DNA of 64,000 nucleotides from Bacillota bacterium (GTDB lineage: Bacteria > Bacillota > Desulfotomaculia > Desulfotomaculales > Nap2-2B). A program made the translations under genes and the position numbers. Numbering within the stretch: position 1 is the stretch's first letter; the number at the start of each line of letters is the position of its first letter. The stretch lies in assembly GCA_040755975.1 (NCBI GenBank), contig JBFLZY010000007.1:3041-67040 (forward strand). Direction: 5' to 3'. Below the pieces are notes generated by a model. It was not told the DNA's origin. It did no database searches and was given only the letters and a program-made list of their open reading frames with translations. Below are positions 55,902 through 64,000 of this stretch, one piece after another.

Positions 55902-57245
55902 ATGCCTGATACCAAACGACCCGTTAAAATAACCGACACCACTTTAAGAGACAGCCACCAATCGCTGCTGGCCACCCGTATGAAATTAGAGCATATGCTC
56001 CCCATTTTAGAAAAAATAGATAGGGTTGGCTATCATTCGCTGGAAGTTTGGGGAGGAGCAACTTTTGATTCCTGCATCCGCTTTTTAAACGAGGATCCGT
56101 GGGAAAGGCTGCGCACCATCAGAAAACACTGCAAAACTCCTCTCCAGATGCTTTTAAGGGGGCAGAACATCGTCGGCTACAAGAACTACCCGGATGACGT
56201 CCTCACCGAGTTTGTCAAGAAGACGGTTGCTAACGGGCTGGACATTTTCCGGATTTTTGACGCTTTAAACGACGTGCGGAACATGCAAAAGGCCATGGAA
56301 GTAGCGAAAAGGGAAGGCGCCCACGTCCAGGCCGTGGCCTGCTATACCATCAGCCCGGTGCATAACGTTGAGTATTACGTAAACCTGGCCAAAACACTGG
56401 AAGAGATGGGGGCGGATTCCATCTGCTTAAAAGATATGGCCGGCATCCTGGCGCCGAAGCCGGCGTACGAAATTATCAAAGCGTGGAAGGAGAACCTGAA
56501 AATACCCGTTCAGTTACACTGTCACTATACCAGCGGGATGGCCTCGATGTGCTACCTGCGGGCCGTTGACGCGGGCGTAGATATCATCGACTGCGCCATT
56601 TCTTCCATGGCCCTGCAGACTTCTCAGCCGGCCGTAGAGGCCATGGTGGGAGCCTTAAAGGACACGCCATACGACCCCGGTTTGGATCTCAAGCTGCTTT
56701 CCGAAATAGCTGACTACTTCACGGAGATTCGCAAGGAACATTATGCTGAATTTGACCTTTCCCCGAAAAGCGTTGATGTCAACGTGCTGATTTACCAGAT
56801 CCCTGGCGGCATGATGTCCAACTTCATGTCGCAACTGAAAGAACAGGGCGCCCTGGATAGGCTGCCGGAAGTTTTGGAAGAACTGCCGCGGACGCGGGCT
56901 GACCTCGGCTATCCGCCGTTGGTTACGCCCACCAGCCAGATCGTCGGCATCCAGGCCGTCTTTAACGTCCTGTTCGGGCGCTGGGCAATCAACAGCAACG
57001 AAATCACCAATTACGTGCGCGGTTACTACGGAAAGCCGCCAGCCCCAATAAACGAGGAAGCCAGAAAAATGATTATCGGCGATGAAGAACCGATCACCTG
57101 CCGGCCTGCGGACATGCTTCCCCCGGGTTTAGGAGAAGCCCGAAAGCTGGCGGAGCCTTACCTGGAGCAGGAAGAAGACGTGATTACCGTTGCCCTTTTC
57201 CCGGAAGTGGGGCTGGAGTTTCTCAAGAAGCGGAAGGCTGGCTAA
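55902..57245 (+). CDS. Transcarboxylase 5S subunit / oxaloacetate decarboxylase alpha-type carboxyltransferase (no biotinyl domain)
   Basis: VKITDTTLRDSHQSLLATRM is a pyruvate carboxyltransferase TIM barrel. The protein ends at 447 aa with no AMKM biotin motif. Confidence 0.9.
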   Translation: MPDTKRPVKITDTTLRDSHQSLLATRMKLEHMLPILEKIDRVGYHSLEVWGGATFDSCIRFLNEDPWERLRTIRKHCKTPLQMLLRGQNIVGYKNYPDDVLTEFVKKTVANGLDIFRIFDALNDVRNMQKAMEVAKREGAHVQAVACYTISPVHNVEYYVNLAKTLEEMGADSICLKDMAGILAPKPAYEIIKAWKENLKIPVQLHCHYTSGMASMCYLRAVDAGVDIIDCAISSMALQTSQPAVEAMVGALKDTPYDPGLDLKLLSEIADYFTEIRKEHYAEFDLSPKSVDVNVLIYQIPGGMMSNFMSQLKEQGALDRLPEVLEELPRTRADLGYPPLVTPTSQIVGIQAVFNVLFGRWAINSNEITNYVRGYYGKPPAPINEEARKMIIGDEEPITCRPADMLPPGLGEARKLAEPYLEQEEDVITVALFPEVGLEFLKKRKAG

Positions 57246-57337
57246 AATGACCCGGATGCTTCAATACCGCCTATGGGCTACTTTATCTTTGCGGTCATAA
57301 ACCTCATGTGCATACAAATATATAATAACATTATTCC

Positions 57338-57365
57338 GGGCTTCTCCAAAGAAGCCCGTTTTTTA
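57338..57365 (+). terminator. Strong rho-independent terminator closing the mmc operon
   Basis: GGGCTTCT-ccaa-AGAAGCCC followed by GTTTTTTA. Confidence 0.85.
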
Positions 57366-57523
57366 TGATCTACAGTTAACTAAAACTTAACATGCATTTA
57401 ACAATATAATAACAGGCAAATAACCTTTTTTTAACACGCCTTATTTAAAATCTAGGTAAACAACGCAGCTTACCAAGAGCTGCTTGAAATAAAATTCTAA
57501 AAAATAAAAAGGGGGATGAAGAC

Positions 57524-58450
57524 TTGTTTAAAAAGGTCAAATGGTTGCTAGTAGCAGGTTGTATTTTTGCCCTTCTTGCAACCATGCTGGCAGGCTGCGG
57601 GGGTCAGGGACAGCCCCAACCCAAGCAGGAGGCGCAAAAACCTGCCGAACAAAAAACAACCGGACTTTCCGGAAAGATTACCGCCGTCGGTTCTACGGCT
57701 CTTCTTCCGCTGGTTGAAGAGGCCGCTAAGCAATTCATGAGCAAGAACCCGCAGGTTCAGATTGGCGTGCAGGGCGGAGGAAGCGGCACGGGACTTTCCC
57801 AGGTGGCTTCCGGAGCGGCGGATATTGGCAATTCGGATATTTTTGCTGAAGAAAAAAGCGGTATTGACGCTGCGAAGCTGGTTGATACGAAAGTTTGCGT
57901 GGTAGGCATGGCGGCGGTTGTAAACCCGAATGTAACGTTAGACAACTTAACGAAAAAACAGCTAATCGATATTTTTACCGGGAAAATAACTAACTGGAAG
58001 GAAGTAGGCGGGCCGGATCTGAAAATAGTCCTGGTCAACCGCGCGAAAGGGTCCGGTACCCGGGCGACATTTAAAGCTTTTGTCTTAGACGGTGCCGAGG
58101 AAACCGCCGGGGCGATGGAAATCGATTCTTCCGGCCAGGTCAGGAAAACCGTTGCCGAAACCCCCGGCGCTATTTCCTACCTGGCTCTGTCGTACGCGGA
58201 CAACAGCGTAAAAGCGATTAAAATAGATGGTGTAGAACCGACCGAGGAAAATATCTGCAGCGGCAAATATCCCGTCTGGGCTTACGAGCATATGTACACC
58301 TTGGGTGAGCCTACGGGACTGAAGAAGGAATTTTTAAAGTACATGGTATCTGCAGAAGTACAAGATACCCTGGTACCCAAGCTAGGTTACATCCCGATTA
58401 CGAAAATGAAGGTAGAAAGGGACGCCAAGGGTAAAGTAACGCAAAAGTAA
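57524..58450 (+). CDS. pstS: Phosphate ABC transporter substrate-binding lipoprotein PstS
   Basis: Lipobox LLATMLAGCGG; ITAVGSTALLPL...GGGSGTG...VNRAKGSGTRATF. Confidence 0.9.
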   Translation: MFKKVKWLLVAGCIFALLATMLAGCGGQGQPQPKQEAQKPAEQKTTGLSGKITAVGSTALLPLVEEAAKQFMSKNPQVQIGVQGGGSGTGLSQVASGAADIGNSDIFAEEKSGIDAAKLVDTKVCVVGMAAVVNPNVTLDNLTKKQLIDIFTGKITNWKEVGGPDLKIVLVNRAKGSGTRATFKAFVLDGAEETAGAMEIDSSGQVRKTVAETPGAISYLALSYADNSVKAIKIDGVEPTEENICSGKYPVWAYEHMYTLGEPTGLKKEFLKYMVSAEVQDTLVPKLGYIPITKMKVERDAKGKVTQK

Positions 58451-58472
58451 ATAAATTAAGGTATAAAAAGCA

Positions 58473-58488
58473 AAGAGGCACAGAGGCG
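58473..58488 (+). repeat. CACAGAG-type dispersed repeat, short copy e
   Basis: AAAGAGGCACAGAGGCGG lies about 20 nt after the pstS stop. Confidence 0.4.
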
Positions 58489-58754
58489 GTCAGTAGGAAA
58501 AAGATAAATAGGGAAGGGTAGAAGCAGGTAATGTAGAAAAATACCGATTTCCAGAGGAGTTCCCCATGACGAACTTACGTTCACTCCATAATGAATGAAA
58601 ATAGGTGCGATCTTTGCTATACTACCGTCAAGCCAAACTGCCGCGAAAGGGTCGGTTTTCCACTGGGGCCTGGAAAGCCCGTTGAGGAGTTTGACCCTGA
58701 GCGCTGAGCGCCTTGTAGGCACCGTTAATTGTTGCTACCGGTAAGGTAAGCACG

Positions 58755-58781
58755 TAAGTTAAGTGCCAGGCACTTAACTTA
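58755..58781. repeat. Perfect 13+1+13 palindrome in the pstS-pstC spacer
   Basis: TAAGTTAAGTGCC-A-GGCACTTAACTTA. Confidence 0.6.
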
Positions 58782-58825
58782 ATGGCAGAAAGCTATTTTC
58801 AAGGGAGATAAATTACGGCTGAAGT

Positions 58826-58866
58826 GCCTGGTAATTAGAAAATCACCAGGCCACCTTTGTTTTTTA
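58826..58866 (+). terminator. Terminator/attenuator-like hairpin immediately upstream of the pstC RBS
   Basis: GCCTGGT (58826-32) pairs with ACCAGGC (58845-51), followed by CACCTTTGTTTTTT. Confidence 0.45.
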
Positions 58867-58886
58867 AGAAGGAGGGTGGATTGCAG

Positions 58887-59771
58887 ATGTCCAAATACAG
58901 CGAAAGGTTGGGCAGGTTGTTTTCTTTTCTGTGTGCCGGGTTGGTAATTGTTTTAACCGTTGCGATCATTTATTTTATCAGCACAAAAGGGTTGTCTACA
59001 TTTTTTGGCAACGGTGTCAGTATTAAAGAGTTTTTGTTTGGCACCCAATGGTGGCCGGACCGTCCTCCCGAACAGGGTGGTCCTGTAGTAGGGTCGTTTC
59101 CTTTTATTTTGGGTTCAATCATTGTTTCTCTTTTAGCCGTCTGTTTGAGTGCTCCTTTAAGTGTTATTGTGGCCGTTTTTATGGCGGAAATAGCTCCCGG
59201 CTGGGGACAGAGGCTGATCCAGCCGGCGATTGAATTGCTGGCCGGGATCCCCTCTGTCGTGTATGGCTACATCGGTTTAAGTGTGCTTGTTCCGTTTATT
59301 CGAAATGAGTTCGGGGGCCAGGGTTTCAGCATCATGGCCGGTTTTCTGGTACTTTCGGTAATGATTTTGCCCACCGTCATCAGCGTATCCACCGATAGCC
59401 TGCGCGCGCTGCCCGTCCAATGGAAGCACGCGGCTTTTGCTCTCGGCTCCACCCGCTGGCAGACTATCCGGATGGTTTTGATCCCGGCCGCCCGGTCGGG
59501 GATCATTACCGGTATTGTCCTGGGCCTGGCCCGGGCCTTCGGCGAAGCACTGGCGGTGCAAATGGTAATTGGCAACGTACGCAAAATACCTTCTTCCATC
59601 CTGGACCCGGTGATTACTTTAACCAGCGCCATTACCATGGACATGGGTTACACCATCATGGGTTCGTTATGGAACAACGCTCTCTGGTCAATGGCTTTGA
59701 TTTTGCTGCTGATGTCCTTTTTCTTCATCCTGATTATTCGCGCGGTAAGCCGAAGGGGGGCTATCCAGTGA
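58887..59771 (+). CDS. pstC: Phosphate ABC transporter permease PstC
   Basis: A polytopic permease with an EAA-type loop ...SLRALPVQWKHAAFALGSTRWQTIRMVLIPAARSGI. Track start is 58857. Confidence 0.9.
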   Translation: MSKYSERLGRLFSFLCAGLVIVLTVAIIYFISTKGLSTFFGNGVSIKEFLFGTQWWPDRPPEQGGPVVGSFPFILGSIIVSLLAVCLSAPLSVIVAVFMAEIAPGWGQRLIQPAIELLAGIPSVVYGYIGLSVLVPFIRNEFGGQGFSIMAGFLVLSVMILPTVISVSTDSLRALPVQWKHAAFALGSTRWQTIRMVLIPAARSGIITGIVLGLARAFGEALAVQMVIGNVRKIPSSILDPVITLTSAITMDMGYTIMGSLWNNALWSMALILLLMSFFFILIIRAVSRRGAIQ

Positions 59772-60652
59772 ACGCCCGTCTGGCTGACCGGCTGGCCACG
59801 ACAATGTTCTGGCTCGGCGCGGGAACCGTCTTGCTCATTTTAATTCTCATGCTGGTTTATATTTTACTGCACGGTTTTAAATCCATTGACTGGCATTTTT
59901 TAACTTCCCCACCGGAAACAATCAGGGCGGGGGGAGGAATTGGACCCCAGATTTTTAATTCATTTTACCTGCTCTTTTTAACCATGCTGATTGTTTCCCC
60001 CATCGGTCTGCTGGCCGGTATTTACCTGGCCGAATACGCGGGACGCAACAAAGTCACCGAAACAATTCGCCTCTGCATTGAAACATTGACCTCCTTGCCT
60101 TCAATTGTTGTCGGCCTGTTTGGCCTTTTGCTTTTCGTGAACAAAACAGGCTGGGGTTACTCTCTGATGGCCGGCGCCTTGGCCCTTTCGGTGATTAACC
60201 TTCCTTTGATGGTCCGCATTGCGGAGGAAGCGATCCGGAACGTATCCAACGAGTTGCGGGAGGCCAGCCTGGCGCTGGGCGCCACCCACTGGCAAACAAT
60301 CTGGCGGGTAGTTTTGCCTTCGGCACTTCCCGGCTTGATTACCGGGGGAATTATCGCTTCCGGCAGAGTTTTCGGCGAAGCGGCCGCGCTTTTGTATACA
60401 GCCGGCATGAGCAGCCCGAATTTAAATTTTCACAATTGGGATATCACCAGCCCGACCTCACCTTTAAATCCTTTCCGGCCGGCGGAAACGCTGGCGGTGC
60501 ATATCTGGAAAATAAATTCAGAAAGCTTGATCCCGGATGTCCGCCGGGTGGCTGACGGCGCATCGGCTGTTTTAGTACTTATTGTTTTGCTTTTTAACAT
60601 TTCCGCCCGCTGGTTTGGCCGGTATATATACCGGCGCTTGACGGCGAGCTAA
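59768..60652 (+). CDS. pstA: Phosphate ABC transporter permease PstA
   Basis: The GTG at 59768 overlaps the pstC stop. ...EASLALGATHWQTIWRVVLPSALPGLITG. Track ORF 59420.. is an upstream in-frame extension. Confidence 0.9.
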   Translation: MNARLADRLATTMFWLGAGTVLLILILMLVYILLHGFKSIDWHFLTSPPETIRAGGGIGPQIFNSFYLLFLTMLIVSPIGLLAGIYLAEYAGRNKVTETIRLCIETLTSLPSIVVGLFGLLLFVNKTGWGYSLMAGALALSVINLPLMVRIAEEAIRNVSNELREASLALGATHWQTIWRVVLPSALPGLITGGIIASGRVFGEAAALLYTAGMSSPNLNFHNWDITSPTSPLNPFRPAETLAVHIWKINSESLIPDVRRVADGASAVLVLIVLLFNISARWFGRYIYRRLTAS

Positions 60653-60776
60653 AATAATTTAACGATAACTTAATAAACAATTAAAGTTAACATAATCATT
60701 AGTTAACATAAGTATGATAATTTTTGCTTAAGGAATAAATAAAAGAAAAGGGAAATGAGAAAGAAGGTGAGCAAGG

Positions 60777-61079
60777 GTGGTGAAAGTAAAAAAACAGGGG
60801 AACATTCTGTTTGTTAAGGGGATCGTAATGAATCATCATTTTGAAAAGGTATTAAAGTCTGTGGAAGATGTTGCCAGAGAGAATAAGACGATCGTTATTG
60901 ATTTAGGCGAACTAGAGCTCATTGACGAATACGGCGCTGAACAGTTGTTTAAGATCAGCAATGAGTTACAAAGGTGCGGATACAGGATAGAGTTATTCAA
61001 CGCCCAGGAAAAAGTGCTCACCAGGTTGTTAAAGGCGGGGATCGTTCCGCATAAAAAAAGGCGGCAAAGAGCAGGATAG
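60777..61079 (+). CDS. STAS-domain protein (anti-sigma-factor-antagonist-like)
   Basis: 100 aa. ...IVIDLGELELIDEYGAEQLFKISNELQRCGYRIELFNAQEKVLTRL fits the STAS pattern. Confidence 0.55.
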   Translation: MVKVKKQGNILFVKGIVMNHHFEKVLKSVEDVARENKTIVIDLGELELIDEYGAEQLFKISNELQRCGYRIELFNAQEKVLTRLLKAGIVPHKKRRQRAG

Positions 61080-61111
61080 TTGTATATAAAAAACAAGGAG
61101 ATTAAATTTTT

Positions 61112-61789
61112 GTGATCGGTTATCGTGCCTGGGAAGCGGCCAAAAAAGTACTGGTTCTGGGTGACCCAATTTACAGTCTGGTGGATAGCAAAGGAATTAC
61201 TCACCAGTTTTGCAATGAACAGGCGATTTTGATTCTTGCCAACGACGGACTTTTTAAGGAAGCGGAGATTTTGAAAAAAAACCTTGAAACAGTTAACCGC
61301 GGGACCTGTTGGGCCGACCGGGGGTGGAAGTGTTTAGCGCATTACCTGGATCCCGATACTCAGAAAGGGCTTGGCCCCTGGCCGGATGCTGCCCAGGAAA
61401 GCAAAAGTTACTTTGCAAAGGCGCTTGCCTGCTGGCAGAAGGGCGAGCGAACGAATACGTTCTTTTATCTGGGTGCATTACTACATTTAATTCAGGATCT
61501 GTGCGTCCCATATCACGCCAGTGCTGTACCCTTTGCCGGACACCAGGATTTTGAAGGGTGGGCACGCAAAAATCGTTGTGTTTACCAGGTAAAGTCAGAC
61601 GGGATCTATGATCTCGCAAAAGAACCGGAACAATGGGTTTACAGCAACGCCCGGATTGCTAAGCAATTTTACCAACCGGACGGGATAAAAGATCAGGCAT
61701 TTCTCCATCATACAGTTGGGTTTCTTTTGCCTCTAGCGCAAAGGACCACCGCCGGATTTATAAGGCATTTCTTGACAAAACTGAATTAG
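61112..61789 (+). CDS. Zinc-dependent phospholipase C / P1-nuclease-fold family protein
   Basis: THQFCNEQA..., YLGALLHLIQDLCVPYHA, GHQDFEGW are His/Asp metal-ligand patterns like those of the Zn_dep_PLPC family. Confidence 0.5.
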   Translation: MIGYRAWEAAKKVLVLGDPIYSLVDSKGITHQFCNEQAILILANDGLFKEAEILKKNLETVNRGTCWADRGWKCLAHYLDPDTQKGLGPWPDAAQESKSYFAKALACWQKGERTNTFFYLGALLHLIQDLCVPYHASAVPFAGHQDFEGWARKNRCVYQVKSDGIYDLAKEPEQWVYSNARIAKQFYQPDGIKDQAFLHHTVGFLLPLAQRTTAGFIRHFLTKLN

Positions 61790-61821
61790 CCCACTACCTC
61801 CTTCTTTATATATACATCTTA

Positions 61822-61858
61822 AGGGTTGCCGGAGCAAAACCGTCAACCCTCTTTTTTA
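61822..61858 (+). terminator. Rho-independent terminator after the PLC-like gene
   Basis: AGGGTTG (61822-28) pairs with CAACCCT (61844-50), followed by CTTTTTT. Confidence 0.7.
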
Positions 61859-62013
61859 ACTCCTCCCCGGGAACGTGCTTCGCGCCTGTCTGGCGCGCTT
61901 AAACCGCCCATTTTTTCCTTTCGCCTGTCAATTTAGCTATTTAAGGGAGGAAGTAATGAAATTTGCAAAACGATCCAATAAAATAATACTTAAGGCATTT
62001 TGCAAAGAAGGTA

Positions 62014-62235
62014 TTGAAAAATATGGTCAAAATCGACAAAGAGAAGCTCAAACAAATTTCCAAAATGTGCATTCTGGAGGATGATAAAATCTGCGATAAC
62101 TGCTGTGAATGTTTTGTTTGTGATGTTGACCCGGGGAAAATATGCGATAATTGTGGAAAGTGCCTGGAATTGGCCGATTACAATGAGATATCAATGGAAG
62201 AAATTCTTTTAGAGGAAGATTTAGAAAGCCCGTAA
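62014..62235 (+). CDS. Small Cys-rich protein (putative metal-binding, unknown function)
   Basis: CILEDDKICDNCCECFVCDVDPGKICDNCGKC has 10 Cys in 32 aa and is followed by an acidic tail. The start is uncertain (TTG 62014 or ATG 62023). Confidence 0.4.
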   Translation: MKNMVKIDKEKLKQISKMCILEDDKICDNCCECFVCDVDPGKICDNCGKCLELADYNEISMEEILLEEDLESP

Positions 62236-62306
62236 GGAGAGTTTATTTTTATGGAATAGTTCTTATAATAGATATTATGTAAACTATTTTAAAAAGGGAG
62301 CTCTCC

Positions 62307-63467
62307 TCAAGAACTGTCTCCGGGAAGATTGTTCTTAAGCAACCCCTGGTAACTTTCTAATAACTTCAAAGCACAATTGCGCGCAGAAAGCCTCTCTGCA
62401 TTTAACCGGGCCTTCCCGGCAAATTTTTGCCTTAAAGCATCGTTTTTCAATAAAAACAAAATTTTTGCCACGAAATCTTTTTGATTTAATTCCGTCAGGA
62501 ACCCATCATCGCCATCCTGCACCATTTCGGTTACTCCGAAAGCCCTTACCGCCACCACGGGCAATCCTGCCGCCTTGGCCTCCGCAATAACCAGCCCCTG
62601 GGTTTCCGTAACCGAAGCAAAAACAAACAGATCAGCCCCCGCGTAGTATTTGGCCACCTCTTCTTTGGGTATCTTGCCGGTAAAAATAACTTTATCCTGG
62701 AGCCCCGCCGCAACAACGCGTTTCTTCAAGGCTTTTTCCTCCGGACCGCCGCCGACAAGGACCAGCCTTGACCCAGGAAACTCCCTGTTCACCTTTAAAT
62801 ATGCCTCAAGTAGAAACCCGATATTTTTTTCCTGCCCCAAACGGCCAACAAAGAGAAGAATTTTTTCTTCTGTCGGGATCTGGTAATAAGTTTTTAACCA
62901 GCTTCGGTCCCGAAACGAGAACTCCTCTACCTTTATTCCGGTAGGAATATTCGTTACCGGTACGCGAACCCCAATGTTTTTTAAATAATCCTGAATGATG
63001 GTCGTAGGGACAATCACGAGATCGCACCGGTTGCAAAAATTCCGGGCGATCATCCTGGTCACTTTTTTGGTGATATTTTTCGCAAAGGGAAAGTAATGGA
63101 CGTATTCTTCGTATAACGTATGAAAAGTAAAAACCAGGGGCAACTTAAAAAAACGTGCGTACCTTGCGCCCAGACTGCCCAGAATAAAGGGCGAATGAAC
63201 GTGAATAAGATCCGGTTGCCAGGTCCTCAAAATCCTTTTAACCCGTCTGTTAAAAGGAATGGCGAGAGTAAAATCCCTGTTTGTGGGGGCCGGCAAAGAA
63301 GGAAAACGAAAAACATTATTTTCCGGTTTGGGCTGGTTTGGGTAAGCTGGAGCAAAAATGCAAATCTTGTGGCCTAAAGCTTCCAACTCTTCCTTCGCCG
63401 TTTCTATAGAATGAACAACACCGCTTGTATAAGGGCGGTAGCTATCGGTAAAAATGGCTATTTTCAT
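62307..63467 (-). CDS. GT4-family glycosyltransferase (glycolipid synthase-like)
   Basis: MKIAIFTDSYRPYTSGVVHSI... N-terminus and a C-terminal E-x7-E-type region (FASVTETQGLVIAEAKAAGLPVV). Confidence 0.8.
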   Translation of the reverse strand: MKIAIFTDSYRPYTSGVVHSIETAKEELEALGHKICIFAPAYPNQPKPENNVFRFPSLPAPTNRDFTLAIPFNRRVKRILRTWQPDLIHVHSPFILGSLGARYARFFKLPLVFTFHTLYEEYVHYFPFAKNITKKVTRMIARNFCNRCDLVIVPTTIIQDYLKNIGVRVPVTNIPTGIKVEEFSFRDRSWLKTYYQIPTEEKILLFVGRLGQEKNIGFLLEAYLKVNREFPGSRLVLVGGGPEEKALKKRVVAAGLQDKVIFTGKIPKEEVAKYYAGADLFVFASVTETQGLVIAEAKAAGLPVVAVRAFGVTEMVQDGDDGFLTELNQKDFVAKILFLLKNDALRQKFAGKARLNAERLSARNCALKLLESYQGLLKNNLPGDSS

Positions 63468-63489
63468 CTTTTGCCTTCATCCTCTGTGC

Positions 63490-63978
63490 TTATCCGGGCC
63501 ATCGGTAAAGGGCAGTAAATATCCGCCACCCTTCCTTTGTTTTTTTCAAGGTAAATTCAGCTTTGCCCGTTTCGATTTGCCCGGTGATGGCATCGCTTAA
63601 GGCAAGTTCGACTTCCGCGCAAACAATGTCCTTTGCTTGCCTGTGCAGTTCGATCTTTTTAACGTGCGCCTGCCAGTACCAGTCGGTAGGTTCACTAATA
63701 AACGCCCATGAATCAGCGCATATTTTATCTAATAATGGTTTGGTGTAATAACGGGCCAAAATTTCTCTCAACTCATCTTTACTTTTTGCCCCCCACCAGG
63801 TGCTGTCCTCTACCCCGCCCTCAATAATCGCCAGGATTTCCTCCTGCTGTTTTTGGGATAAAGGATTTTGGGCGGGTTCTCCTTTTTGGCCGGCAAAAAA
63901 CAAAACCAGGAAAACGCCCGCTATCAAAAGGGCTGCAAAAATGCGCAGTATTTTTTTTCTTCTGGAGCACTTTCCCAT
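63490..63978 (-). CDS. Membrane-anchored protein of unknown function
   Basis: 162 aa with an N-terminal TM anchor ILRIFAALLIAGVFLVLFF. It is co-oriented with and 22 nt upstream of the GT4 gene. Confidence 0.5.
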   Translation of the reverse strand: MGKCSRRKKILRIFAALLIAGVFLVLFFAGQKGEPAQNPLSQKQQEEILAIIEGGVEDSTWWGAKSKDELREILARYYTKPLLDKICADSWAFISEPTDWYWQAHVKKIELHRQAKDIVCAEVELALSDAITGQIETGKAEFTLKKTKEGWRIFTALYRWPG

Positions 63979-64000
63979 TTTAATCTACCTCGCTTTTCTT

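Noticed and set aside
58456-58722. An 88-aa minus-strand ORF in the pstS-pstC spacer
   Set aside because: It is antisense to the pst operon, has no RBS, and overlaps palindromic and repeat sequence.

Overview
This 64-kb chromosomal window looks like it comes from an anaerobic, spore-forming, probably thermophilic Firmicute. Gene content and roughly mid-50s % GC (by eye) suggest a Peptococcaceae / Pelotomaculum-like organism; this is inference only. Almost all of the window is coding. From left to right it contains: a pair of secreted proteins; two divergent HTH regulators; a thyX-dut-topB operon; a radical SAM gene; sporulation genes (alpha/beta SASP, GH18 cortex-type hydrolase); YbaK-like and B3/4 tRNA-editing-type proteins; a ~14-kb nine-gene operon combining an ABC-2 exporter with MoxR AAA+, DUF58 and two giant BatA-type VWA membrane proteins; a Phd-like/HicA-like toxin-antitoxin pair; DUF763; NfeD-SPFH; an ECF Co/Ni transporter (cbiM-PDGLE / cbiQ-cbiO) split by a chemoreceptor gene; MBL hydrolase-MurT-GatD; DUF421; ComEA; ComEC; YtrH/YtrI. 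A ~14.5-kb methylmalonyl-CoA pathway operon follows: two-subunit fumarase, HdrC/HdrB-like plus Sdh/Frd FeS and flavoprotein subunits, sucCD, split B12 mutase, epimerase, 12S carboxyltransferase, mdh and 5S transcarboxylase. It resembles the mmc propionate-oxidation cluster described for Pelotomaculum thermopropionicum. The window ends with pstSCA (no pstB), STAS, a PLC-like protein, a Cys-rich small protein, a GT4 glycosyltransferase and a membrane-anchored protein. I recognised no rRNA, tRNA, CRISPR array or transposase. The most interesting unexplained signal is a family of large, highly structured intergenic elements. There are four related copies, at 34.1, 44.2, 50.4 and 53.2 kb, three of them inside the mmc operon. 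They share a conserved core and their outer helices differ in sequence but remain complementary. Other non-coding signals are a dispersed CACAGAG-type intergenic repeat family and two homologous leader/terminator elements in front of cbiM and cbiQ. All calls rest on reading the translated ORFs and the DNA by eye; no database search was run.
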